From contig MU054032.1 in the NCBI GenBank assembly GCA_013239625.1, positions 1 to 64,000 on the forward strand: 64,000 nucleotides of DNA, written 5' to 3'. Positions 11,755 through 24,508 of the stretch are shown here, one piece after another. Each line of letters starts with the position of its first letter. The stretch's first letter is position 1. The translations under genes were made by a program, and so were the position numbers. Under the pieces are notes generated by a model, which made no database searches, was not told the origin of the DNA, and saw only the letters and a program-made list of their open reading frames with translations. This DNA is from Lama guanicoe (Eukaryota).

Positions 11755-12342
11755 TACACTGCTGGTGAGTCTGTAACTTGGTGCAGCCATTAAGGAAAAC
11801 AGTATGGAGATTCCTCAAAAAACTAAAAATAGACTTACCATATGACCCAGCAATCCCACTTCTGGGTATATATCCAGAAGGAACTCTAATTCAAAAAGAC
11901 ACCTGCACCCCAATGTTCATAGCAGCACTATATATAATAGCCAAGACATGGAAGCAACCTAAATGTCCACTGAACAGATGACTAAGAAGTTGGGGTATAT
12001 GTATACAATGGAATACTACTCAGCCATAAAAAAGAATAAAATAACACCATTTGCAGCAACGTGTATGGACCTAGAGATCGTCATTCTAAGTGAAGTAATC
12101 CAGAAAGAAATTTTGGGAGTTTGAGATTCATAAATGTTAGCCATTATACATAAAAATAGAGTTTTAAAAGTTTCTTCTGTATAGCACAGGGAACTATGTT
12201 CAATATCTTGTAATAACCTTTAATGAAAAAGAATATGAAAATGAATATATCTATGTATATGCATGACTGGGACATTGTGTTATACACAAGAAATTGAAAA
12301 AAACAAGAAAAAAAACCACTTCTTTTAAATTTAAAAAAAAAA
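11755..12342 (+). mobile_element. Truncated L1 3' end
   Basis: ORF2 C-terminal peptide (..[24 protein letters not shown]..) followed by 3'UTR and A-rich tail. Confidence 0.85.
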
Positions 12343-14501
12343 TCTAATAACCAGGACAAAGTCCCCTGGTCGCCTCCAGAATAGGTGCTTTTTCACAGGG
12401 AGATAACTTTCTGCTTTTCTCACAACTCTGCTGTCCACAGAGTGGTTTCCAGGTCTCTGTTATGGATTCTCCCTTCAAGTGAGTTGGGTTTCATGTTCTA
12501 TTCAAGGGTGTGTGTGTGGGTGTGTGGGGGTGTGTGTGTGTGTAGGTACATGGTTTGCAGGGATCAGCTGGCAAACAGAAAAGATGTAGATTGACAATTG
12601 GCAGACAGTCAAGGTCAATAACTGAAACTGGATAATCTGACATCAAACAAACCTCACTTACCATGTTTTGCTTTTACATCTCACATTCCTACTACTGATG
12701 CTGCTTTCAGCATTCTGTTGGCTTCCTTAACGTCATTTTGCTCTAAATTAAAATGTATGGGGGGAAAATGAGCCATTTTGTTACAAGTTGAATTGCTGAT
12801 ATTTCCTTCCTTTGACAAGTCCTGACTTGTTTTCCAGCGCTCACATGTGTTCTAGTGTATTTTTCTGTGCATCGTCTCACTTTAAATGAGCCATAATCTT
12901 TTACAGCAGAGTATTGATTTTGCTTTCAAAAAAGACCCTCTATTCCATTATACTTCCTGATCAATTTATATCATTTTGCATGAGAATTTTTCTTTTTCTT
13001 ACCACATAAAATGTTTTTATTTTATATTAGTCTATATGTCATTTGCAGAATACTGAATTATATGTCCAAAATTTATTTTGAAAAGTGTTAGTTTGCTTTA
13101 CAAAAAGTCAGGTCACTTGACAATTTCAGTTTCTTTTTTTGATGTGTGTTTTTGCTTATTTATTGAGTACATATTTGTTACATCAGAACTCATAGGCAGT
13201 GCTGAATTTAAAATCATAATAATCATTATTAATTAAAGTGAAGTTTAAAGTAATGAATATTATTATAACAATGTATATTAAGTTGTCCCAAATGCTAGAC
13301 AGTATGCAAAAGGACATGTGACTCTTTAGCTAATAATAATAAATATTCATTGACTATTTATGCCCTGAAGAATTTCAACGTTGTTTATATAAAGAACGCA
13401 TGTCATCCTCAGAAACACTCTGTGATGTAGGCACTGCAGTTATTCCCATATTCAGATGAGAAGCTAAGGCTAAGAAGAAACTAAGTGACTTGATCACAGA
13501 TAATAAGTGGCAGAGACAGGATTCTAAGCCTCTTAATTACTACAGTTTTTGGTAGGTATTGCTGTTTTTGTCATTGTATATTTTGCTTTACTATCTAGAA
13601 AGCAAATGAAAGATCAAAGTCCTCCGAAGAAAAGCACTTAAATTCCCATTTGCCTACAAAGTTTACCTAGAAATTTACTTAGGAAATTTAATCCCTCTTT
13701 CACACCATTTCCTTTACTAGTTATGACAGAAAAAGCCTCAAGAGCATTTAGTGTGTTGCATTTAGTGTCCAAACTCACAGCTGTTTTAAAATATTACAGC
13801 CACCAGTTTTTGGATACATTGCTGTACTAAAGGACTCAAATAGGAGTAAGGGGCTCAGTTTGTACCCATTTTTCCTAATTTTGCCTTCAAGTGTTAATTA
13901 CTCTGTAATAACACTTTTACAAGTTTCTTCTGCCCTATATCTCAGGCACAATATTAGGTTCTACTATAATGATTATACTTCGTCACCTGTCCTAGCGAAC
14001 CTTTTTATATTTTTTAATTGCCCTTGAAATAGTTTTTTCTGGAGTCTTTCAAACTCTATTAGACAATTACTTGATGATGGGAAATCTTTTGTCTGTTTCA
14101 CCATTATCCTTCAGTCTTTCTCAGAGTGGGAACTCAATAAATGTTTGTTGAAATGAAATAAAAGAAACTGACCCCCAGTGATGGTAAATGGCTCACAAAA
14201 TTACTATCATACATTCTTTAAAGTGCACTTAAGTCTAGAGTTTTGAGGGTCTAGGAAGATGAGAAATTTAGTTCTACATATATTTATTCAAAGTTCTTAC
14301 CATGTCTTTCTTTTTTCTTAAATGTACTCCCAATATATTTTGTTGAATTTATATATAATAAAATGTGCCTATCACAAGTGCAGAGTTCACTAAGCTCATT
14401 AAAAACTAACAAGTACAAATAAAATATGATAGTATTTCATTAGTGCAGAGGAGGCATCTGAACAGATGTTGTGAAGAAAATTATTTTAATTAATACACTA
14501 C

Positions 14502-14760
14502 TGTTACAGGCTGAATTGTGACCCCCCAAATTTATGTGTTGAAGTTCTTACTCCCAGTACCTCAGAATGTGACCATATTTGGAAATAGGGTCATTACAGA
14601 AATAATTAGTTAAGAACACAGAAATAAAACCATGTTCAGATTGGAGTTATACTGTCACAGTCAAGGAGAGAGATTTGATCACATTCTTCTCTAGTGCCTT
14701 AAGGTAGAATATGGCCATGGTGACACCTTGATCTCAGTATTTTAGACTCTAGGACTGAGA
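14502..14760 (+). mobile_element. MLT1-like MaLR LTR fragment
   Basis: TGTTACAGGCTGAATTGTGACCCCCCAAATTTATGTGTTGAAGT...CCCAGTACCTCAGAATGTGAC is a typical MLT1 5' end. Confidence 0.7.
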
Positions 14761-17700
14761 CAAGAGGATAGAAATTATTTCAAGCATCTTCTCTGACCAT
14801 AATGCCATGAAACTAGAAATCAACCACAGAAAAGCAAAGGAGGAATAAAACAACATGCTACTATAAAAACAATGGGTCAATGATAAAATCAGAGAAGAAA
14901 TTAAAAAATACTTTGAAATAAACAAGAAAAACACAACCACACAAAAGCTATGGGATGCAGCAGAAGCAGTCCTAAGAGGGAAGTTCATAGTGATACAGGC
15001 CTTCCTCAAAAAACAAGAATAATCTCAAGTAACCTAATCTGCCATCTAAAAGGATTAGAAAAAGAAAAGCAAACAAAACCTAAATTCCTCAGAAAGAAGG
15101 AGATAATAAAGATCAGGGAGGAAATAAAATAGAGATTAAAAAACAGAAAAAAAAACAATTAAACCAAGAAGCTGTTTTGAAAGAGTAAACAAAATTGACA
15201 CACCTCTGGCTAGGCTCACCAAGAAACAAAGAGAAAGAACAAAATAAGAAAGGAAAAAGGAGAAATCACAACCAATACCACAGAAATACAAAAAACCATA
15301 CAAGAATACTATGAACAACCACATGGAAACAAATTGGACAACCTAGAAGAAGTGGACAAGTTTCTGGAAATATTCAGTCCATGAAGACTGAAACAAGAAT
15401 ATACCACTTGAACCAACCAATCAGTACAAATGAAATAGAGTCAGCAATAAAAACAAACAAACAAAAACCTCTCTACAAACAAAAGCTCAAGACCAAATGG
15501 CTTCATCGGAGAATTATACCAAACATACAAAGGAGAACTCATACCAGTCCTTTTCAAACTCTCCCAAAAGACTGAAAAGAAGGAGTACTCCCAAACTCAT
15601 CCTATGAAGCCACCATCACCTTGATATTGAAACCAGACAAATATACAAGCAAAAAGGAAAATTACAGGTCAGTATCATTGATGAACATAGATGCAAAAGT
15701 CCTCAGCAAAATATTAGCAGACAGAATCCAACAGCACATGAAAAAGATCATACACCATTATCAAGTTGGTTCATTCCAGGGATACAAGGATGGTTCAACA
15801 TAAGCAAATCAATCAATGTGATACACCACATCAACAAAAGAAAGGACAAAAATCACATGATCATCTCAATAGATGCAGAAAAAGCATTTGATAAAATTCA
15901 GCACCCATTTATTATAAAGACTCTTAACAAGGTGGGTATAGAGGGAACATATCTCAACATAGTAAAAGCTATTGATGACAAACCCACGGACAGCATAATA
16001 CTCAGTGGTGAAAAACTGAAAGCCTTCTCACTAAAATCTGGAACAAGACAAGGATGCCCACTCTTACACACTTTTATTCAGCATAGTCTTGGTAGTTCTA
16101 GCCACAGCAATCAGGCAAGAAAAAGAAATAAAATGGGATCCAAATTGGAGAGAAGATGTAAAATTGTCACTTTATGCAGATGACATGATACTATATATAC
16201 AAAACCCTAAAAGCTCTACACAAAAACTACTAGAGATGGTGAAAGTATTTGGCAAGATAGCAGGATAGAAGATTAACATACAGAAATCAGTACATTTCTC
16301 TATACTAACGATGAATTAGCAGGAAAAGAAAGTTCAGAAATGATCCCTTTTAAAATTGAATCAAAAACAAACAGGAATAAATCTGAACAAGGAGGTGAAA
16401 GACTTATACATAGAGACTTATACAAATTAAGACTTATACAAAATATTAATTAAGGAAATTAAAGATGACTTAACAAAATGGAAAGATACCCCATGCTCTT
16501 GGATTGGAAGAATCAATATTGTTAAAATGGCCACACTGCCCAAGGCAATCTACCAATTTAATATAATCCATATCAAATTACCCAGGACATTTTTCACAGA
16601 ACTAGAACAAATAATATTAAAATTTGTGTGGAATCACAAAAGACCTAGACCTGCCAAAGCAATACTGAAGAAAAAGAACAAAGCTGAAGGAATAACCCTC
16701 CCAAACTTCAGACAATAATACAGAGCTACAGTAATCAAAACAGTGTGGTATTGGTATAAAGACAAATATATGAATCAATAGCACACAATAAAGAGCCCAG
16801 AAATAAACCCACAGACCTACAGTCTTTGACAAAGGAAGCAAGAACATACAATGGAGAAAAGACAGTCTCTTCAGCAAGTGGTGCTGGGAAAACTGGACAG
16901 TTGCGTGTAAATCAATGAAGTCAGAGCTCTCCCTCACACCATACACAAAAATAAGCTCACATTGGCTTAAAGACTTAAATATAAGACAAGACACGATAAG
17001 AAAACATAGGAGAAACATTCTGTGACATAAATCTTAGCAATGTTTTCCTATGGTAGTCTACCCAGGCAATAGAAATAAAATAAAAAATTAACAAATGGGA
17101 CCTAATTAAACTTATAAGCTTTTTCACAGCAAAGCAACACAACCTACAGAATGGGAGAAAATATTTGTAAAAAATGAGACTGACAAAGGCTTAATTTCCA
17201 GAATATATAAATAGCTCATCCAACTTAATTAAAAAAAAAAAAACAACCAATCCAAAAATGAGCAGAAGACCTAAACGAGCAATTCTCCAATGAGGACATA
17301 CAAATGGCCAACAGGCACATGAGAAAATGATCAATGTCACTAATTATCAGAGAAATGCATATCAAGACTACAATGATATATCATCTCACACTAGTCAAAA
17401 TGGCCATGATTCAAAAGTTCATAAAAGATAAATGCTGGAGAGGGTGTGGAGAAAAAAAAAAACCACCTCCTACATTGTTGGTGGGAATGCAGCTTGGTGC
17501 AGCCATTATGGAAAACAGTATGGAGACTCCTCAAAAGACTGAAAATAGACTTACCATATGATCCAGCAATCCCAGTCTTGGGCATATATCCAGAGGGAAC
17601 TTTAATTTGAAAAGATACATGCACCCCAATATTCATAGCAGCACTATTTACAATAGCCAAGACATGGAAGCAACCTAAATGTCCATCCACAGATGACTGG

Positions 17701-18090
17701 ATAAAGAAGCTGAGTGGCATATTAGTGGAATACTACTCAGCCATAAAAAAGAAAAAATAATGCCATTTGCAGAACATGGATGGACCTAGAGATTGTCATT
17801 CTAAGTGAAGTAACCCAGAAAGAGAAAGAAAAATAACATATGATATCACTCATATGTGGAATCTAAAAAAGGAATGAAGAAGACACTAATGAACTTATCT
17901 GAAAACACACTCACAGACATAGTAAACAATGTTATGGTTGGGAGAGGGGATAAATTTGGGAGTTTGAGATTTGCAAATATTAAAGATAAAAACAAATTTC
18001 TTCTGTACAGCACAGGGAACTATATTCAACATCTTGTAATTATTTTTAATGAAAAAGAATATGTAAACAAACAAACAAAAAAACAGACAC
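14761..18090 (+). mobile_element. 5'-truncated L1, degenerate ORF2 (RT domain) and 3'UTR
   Basis: Fragments [40 protein letters not shown] and [10 protein letters not shown] with many stops and frameshifts. Confidence 0.92.
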
Positions 18091-18939
18091 AAGAACATTT
18101 AAACTCCTAAATGGACTCTTGAGTTACACAGAGTATTTTCCAGTGACTCACAAAGGCAAGTAAAATTGACTGACATCAGTTATTCCCATATCAATCTCGT
18201 CAAGAAAAGAATCTTTAAAATTAACTCTTTAGAGATGAAGAGAAAAATACTTTCAGGGAGATTAGACAACCAGTGACATAAACCACAATGATGCTATAGT
18301 AACTGAACTGCCTGGCTCAAAAACATGTATAGTTTGCAGAAATGAACTTCTGAATTACCAAAAAAAAAGTACAGTCACAGTAGATTCATTTCTTATAAAG
18401 AATTCTGAAACAGAAATCTCGGCCTCTAATAGACATAATGTGTAAGTAATCTACATGTCCCAGTTTTAAACTGTACAAATAAAGCACGCTATACACAGCA
18501 TTAGTTTCTGAGTCTAAGGTGTTTTCGGCCCGAGTGTCTCCATATACACAGAAATCTAAAGAAAGAGAAAGTGGCTGCTGACTTTCAGCCTGGGCGCAGG
18601 TAGCAAAGGGAGAGCCCGCTCCTGGAGCCCGGCACCTACTTCCACTCGGCCGCAAGGGCTGCCGGGGCTCGCGAAGGCTCAGGTCAGACAGCAGAGCACA
18701 CTAAAACACTGGCATTTAAACAAATATGAGGGTACTCTTTACTACTTTTCAGTAGTTTATGATAATAAGAGACAAAACCTATCCTAATTAAACTTAAATA
18801 TGACCATGGCCCCACCTAGATAGTCTCCCTTTGTTTATTATGCTCTCTGTCAACATATATTCTCTAATCTTCTCTTATCTTACAGCAGAGGAAAATAACT
18901 AGCACAGGAGTGCTTCACATCTTCAACTTACTAAAACAG

Positions 18940-19731
18940 ATGTACTACCCAAAGCAATCCCTATCAAATTACCCATGATATTTTCCACAGAACTAGGACA
19001 AATAATCCTAAAATTTATATGGAACCATAAAAGGTCCAGAACTGCCAAAGCAATCCTGAGGAAAAATAAAGCTGGAGGCATAACCCTCCCAGACTTTAGA
19101 CAATACTACAGAGCTATAGTAATCAAAACAGTGTGGTATTGGCACAAAAACAGACATTTGGATCAATGGAATAGAATAGAGAGCCCAGAAATAAACCCAG
19201 ACACTTACAGTCAATTAATCTTTGACAAAGGAGGCAAGAATATACAATGGAGTAAAGACAGCCTCTTCAGCAAGTTGTGATGGGAAAGCTGGACAACTAC
19301 ATGTAAATCAATGCAGTTAGAACACTCTTTCATACCATACACAAAAATAAACTCAAAATGTTGTAATGACTTGAATATAAGACATGACACCATAAAATTC
19401 CTAAAAGAGAACACAGGCAAAACATTCTCTGACAAAAATCATAGCAATGTTTTCCTAGGTCAGTCTCCCAAGGCAAAAGAACTAAAAGCAAAAATAAACA
19501 AATGGAACCTAGTCAAATTTATAAGTTTTTGCACAGCAAAGGGAACCATAAACAAAATGAACAGGAAACTATATTCAATATCTTGCAGTAACCTATGGTG
19601 AAAAAGAATATGAAAATGAAAATGAGTATGTTCATATATGACTGAAGTATTATGCTGTACACCAGAAATTGACACAACATTGTAAACTGAATATACTTCA
19701 ATAAAAAAATATATATATATATATTCCACTG

Positions 19732-19768
<37 letters not shown>

Positions 19769-20845
19769 ATATATATATATATACACACACACACACAAAA
19801 TGAAAAGACAACCTATGGACTGGGAGAAAATAATTGCAAATGATGAGACAAGACCTTAATTTCCAAAATATACAAACAGCTCATACCACTCAATAACAAA
19901 AAAACAAACAATTCTATCATAAAATGGGCAGAAGACCTAAAAAGACATTTCTCCAGAGAAGACATACAGATGACCAAGAGGCATGTGAAAAGATGCTCAA
20001 TACTGTTAATTATTAGAGAAATGAATATCAAAACTACAATGAGGTATCACTTCACACATGTCAGAATGGCCATCATCAAAAAGTCTACAAATAATAAATG
20101 CTGAAGAGGGTGTGGAGAAAAGCGAACTCTCCGACACTGTTGCAGCCACTATGGAAAACAGTATGGCGGTTCCTTAGAAAACTAAAAATAGACTTACCAC
20201 ATGATCCAGCAATCCCACTCCTGGGTGTATATCTGGAGAAAACTCCAATTCAAAAAGATACATGCACCCCAATGTTCATAGCAGCATTATTTACAATAGC
20301 CAAGACATGGAAGCAATCTAAATGTCCACCGACAGATAAGTGGATAAAGAAGATATAGATAGATAGATAAATAGACAGACACATACACATACACACAATG
20401 GAATACTACTGAGCCATAAAAAAGAATGAGATTATGCCATTTGCTGCAACATGGATGGATCTAGAGATTATCATACTAAGTGAAATACGTCAGACAGAGA
20501 AAGGCAAATATCATGATATTACTTATATGTGGAATCTAAAATAAGATATAAATGAACTTATTTACAAAACAGAAACAGACTCACAGACATAGAAAACAAA
20601 TTTATGGTTGCCAAAGGGGGAAGGGGTTGGAGGAGAGATAAATTAGGAATTTGGGATTAGTCAGATACAAACCACTATATATAAATAAATAACAAGGTCC
20701 TACCAAATAGTACTGGAAACTATATTCAATATCCTGTAATAAACCATTAACAAAAGAGAATATGAAAAAGAATATATAACTGAATCACTTTGCTATACAC
20801 CAGAAACTAATACATTATAAATCAACTATACTTCAATTTAAAATT
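18940..20845 (+). mobile_element. 5'-truncated L1 with a nested L1 3' fragment and (TA)n at about 19560-19800
   Basis: ORF2 C-terminal peptides (ORFs 18975-19280, 20098-20358) and 3'UTR. Confidence 0.88.
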
Positions 20846-21377
20846 TTTTTTCAACTTACTTGTTTCAAGAATATTTACTCCCAAGACTTCTCATTTTAAT
20901 TTTAACCAAAGCTGAATAAAACTGTAAGACGAATAAATTTTATTTCCACACTCTCTAGCTTGGCATGCAATGCTCTGGCCATAGCTTGCCTCTTAGTCTC
21001 ATCTCTTACTATGCCTTCCCTTGAAGTCTGAGTTCTGACCATGTGGAACTATTATTGGCAGCGTCCTGAAAGTACCACGCCATTTACACTTTTGTGTCTG
21101 TGCTCCCTGTGCCAATCTTGTCCAAGCATTAAAAACAAATGCTGACACCAATGGACAGCTGGATTATAAATTCATCTGTAACACTTCATTATACTTTTTG
21201 ATTTGTGTCAGTTGCCCCAACTAGACTAATTTCTCGGAAGCAGAAATCATGTCATTAAAATTTCTCCCCAGAGCCTTGCTAAATATCCAACACAAATTTT
21301 CATTAATTGTTTGTGAAATAAATGAGTAAGTTAGAGTGACTGAATGAACCATATCTTCACCAAACAGATCATTCTTT

Positions 21378-21504
21378 TTTTTTTAATTGAGTTATTGTCA
21401 GTTTACAATGTGTCAGTTTCTGGTGTATAGTACAATTTTTCAGTCATACATGAATATACATATATTCATTTTCATATTCTTTTTCACTGTGAGCTACTAC
21501 AAGA
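21378..21504 (-). mobile_element. Short L1 3'-end insertion with 16-bp TSD
   Basis: TSD AAACAGATCATTCTTT at 21362-21377 and 21505-21520; poly-T at the left end. Confidence 0.8.
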
Positions 21505-22848
21505 AAACAGATCATTCTTTTACATGGTAAAAAATATCCAGAATAATGAAGTCTGTAAGTGTCCAAGTCTGCAAAGAACTTGGGGAGAGAGACCTAGGCC
21601 TGACAGATTACACAAAGAGGTAGATAGTAAATATAAGTAGTAAATGTAAAGAGGATGGTAGATAGTGTAAAGCTTGAAGGACAAAGAGATTTTGTACCCA
21701 CGAGGATGAAATCACAAGGGGTAACTAACTGAATGGCAATACTGCCTCCCAGTGGCACTTGGTATAAAACTCTCTGTACCAGAGCACTTCCACAAAATAA
21801 TGGCTTTCTCACATTGAGTGGTTCTGGGCTATGACTGTGCCAGGCACCTCTTTCTTTATTTCATTTAACCCTCACAACAGTCCCTTGTAGAGATATAGCA
21901 TGTAGCACGGGGGTTAATCACCCAGACTGCAGCCAGGATGTCTGGCTCTCCCACTTACTAACTTTGTGACCTTGGACAAATTACTTAAGTTCTCTACATA
22001 TTTCCCCATCTGTACAATAGGGATAATATTAGTGCTTACCATGCATGTACTTGATGACATAGCAAGTGTTATATGTGTTAGCTATTATTATGCCCTTTTT
22101 CCTGATGAGAAAACTAATGTTAAGTAAATCAAGCATACAGTAGGAATTCAATAAATATAACTTACTTTGCTTTCACCCCTTATGTCTCAGTTCCTTAAAG
22201 TGTTGCCCTTCTTGGTAGTCCTGAAATTTAAGTGGGGGACTCCCAAAAGTCCAAAGAAGTCAGTTCCTAAACACAGCAATGAGGAACCTCCATTAAAGAA
22301 ACTGAGACTCCTCCATTAAAGTGTCCAAGGACATGTAGCTCTGGAGAAGAAAATTCTACAGTGCACTCTTTTTACTGTCATTAGAGTGAAGAACTTTCCA
22401 GCAATGAAATTCATCCTACCCAAAACAGGATGCATGGGGACTGTGAAAATCAACTAGAATTTGTGCAGGAAACCACATTTCTAGGAATATTCAAATAAAT
22501 ATGAACTGCCCAGAGCCCATTTTGACCACTTTGCCCATAGGAACTAAGGGACCATGATCACTTTCAAGATTTGGCTAATAATAACTTACTAGAGACTACT
22601 TTCTCCTTGCTTTCCTACTATTACTGTAAAAATAAAATTCATGAAAATGATACTTTTCAAGTGACATAATGTGATTATCAGAGTGCCCACCCTAGTCCAC
22701 ATTTGCAATGGGATGTATCTTTACTTGGTAAGAATTATTGGCAGATCTGCACATGAATACCAAACAGGCTCTTTTCATACTTGTAAAGCTCTCTGTGATT
22801 CTGCAATATTCCTCTGATTCAGATTTTCATATTCCTGGGTGTTCTATT

Positions 22849-24087
22849 TGAGAGACTGAATATACAAATAATCGATGACCTGACCACATATAAAACAAAA
22901 CTGACCCACAATCTGCCTGAAGCCTACCCAGGAAACCAACCCCCTGTCTATAATAGACAGCCCAAGAAGCTAACCTTAAGTCAGACTTGTAAGAAGTCAG
23001 ACTGCTGTCTCTAGCGATAGTCTAGGAAACCAAACAATGACCCCTATAACAATTGGCCCAATATAGCCAGGATTTGATTAATAACTGACAGCTTAGGGGG
23101 GAGGGTATAGCTCAGTGGTAGAGTGTGTGTTTAGCATGCATGAGGTCCTGGGTTCAATCCCCAGTACCTCCATTTAAATAAATATTTATTTAAATAATTT
23201 AATTTAATTTAATTTAAATAATTTAATTTAAGTAAATAAACAAACCTAATTACTTTCCCCCAAAATAAATAAATAAACTTAACTATCTCCCCTCAAAACA
23301 AAAAATAAAAATAATAATAATGCTATTTGCAGCAACATGGATGGACCTAGAGATCATCATTCTAAATGAAGTAAGCCAGAAAGAGAAAAATACCATATGA
23401 TATCACTCACATGTGGAATCTTGAAGAAAAAAAAAGGATACTATGAAATAATCTACAAAACAGAAACAGACTCACAGACATAGTAAACAATCTTATGGTT
23501 ACTGGACAAAGGGGGTGGGAAGGGATAAATTTGGGGGTTTGAGATTTGCAAATGTTAGCTACTACATAAAAAAATAGATTTTAAAAATGTTTCTTCTGTA
23601 TAGCACAGGGAACTACCTTTAATGAATAACCTTTAATGAAAACAAATATATGTATGTATATGCATGACTGGGACACTATGCTGTATACCAGAAATTGACA
23701 CATTGTAACTGACATTGTAAAAAATTTTTCATGATATCCATGGTAAAAAAATAAAACAAAAATAATAAATAAATAAATAAATAACTGACAGCTTTCCTAA
23801 TTTTGTCCCCACTTCCAACTTAGCATCAACAAGAGAAAGTCAAATATGCACCCCTAACCAATCACATAGGAGTTGGTCCACCTACGGCTTCCCCATGCAA
23901 ACAGTCTTGAATCCGGACATACCGGAAGCCTCCCTTTTCCACTATAAAGGTTTCGTACTTCTCTGCCTGCCTTTGAGTCTCTGCCAAAACGCAAGGGACG
24001 GTGGTAGACTCCCTTTCTATATAGCAAGCTCTTGAATAAATAGTCTTTGCTTTTCTCATGGTTGGTTGGTCATGGTTTATTTCCACA
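22849..24087 (+). mobile_element. Solo ERV1-type (MER34-like) LTR, interrupted by SINE/L1
   Basis: TG...CA termini with 4-bp TSD TATT (22845-22848 and 24088-24091). CCAAT at 23858, TATAAA at 23943, AATAAA at 24035. Confidence 0.8.
23096..23779 (+). mobile_element. tRNA-derived SINE plus L1 3' fragment within one 15-bp TSD
   Basis: GGGGAGGGTATAGCTCAGTGGTAGAG...GGTTCAATCCCCAGTACCTCC head with A and B boxes. TSD AATAACTGACAGCTT at 23080-23094 and 23780-23794. Confidence 0.85.
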
Positions 24088-24279
24088 TATTGGACCTAGT
24101 AATTCTATGAAGAACTAATTGCCAAACCCTCTTAAACAGGTATTGGTTAACAATGTTTGAATATGTTTTTTCTAAAACAGTCATAAAGTTAGTGGAGAAC
24201 ATCTTTTTTACTTCATCTTATAACCTAAATCAATATACTCTAGGTTCATCTTTCCGCAGATCTTCCAGGAACGAACGCG

Positions 24280-24508
24280 GCCTCTTTCTGACGACGGGAG
24301 CGGTGGACCTAGTGTGGAAGCGGGTGGGCGGAGACCCCGGGAGCGCCTCTCACGCTCAGGCCGGTCTCCAAATGGGAACTACGATTCCCAGCGGCCCCTG
24401 CAAACCGCGGGCCGCGACCACGACGCGCCTGCGCAGTGGCGGGGGCTCGGGCTGCGTGGTTCCCGCCAATTCTTGCGGTATTGTTACTTGAGTTGAATTC
24501 CGCGCTTC
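24280..24508 (+). promoter_or_regulatory. PRIM1 CpG-island promoter
   Basis: CpG-rich region. ZNF143/SBS-like ACTACGATTCCCAGCGGCCC at 24378-24397, NRF1-like GCGCCTGCGCA at 24425-24435, E2F-like TTCCCGCCAA at 24460-24469. These are typical of an S-phase replication gene. Confidence 0.8.

Noticed and set aside
14761..18090. Reverse transcriptase as an active gene
   Set aside because: 5'-truncated L1 ORF2 with many stops and frameshifts.
23096..23172. tRNA-like sequence (also near 26900 and 28000)
   Set aside because: These are heads of a tRNA-derived SINE with AT-rich tails, not tRNA genes.
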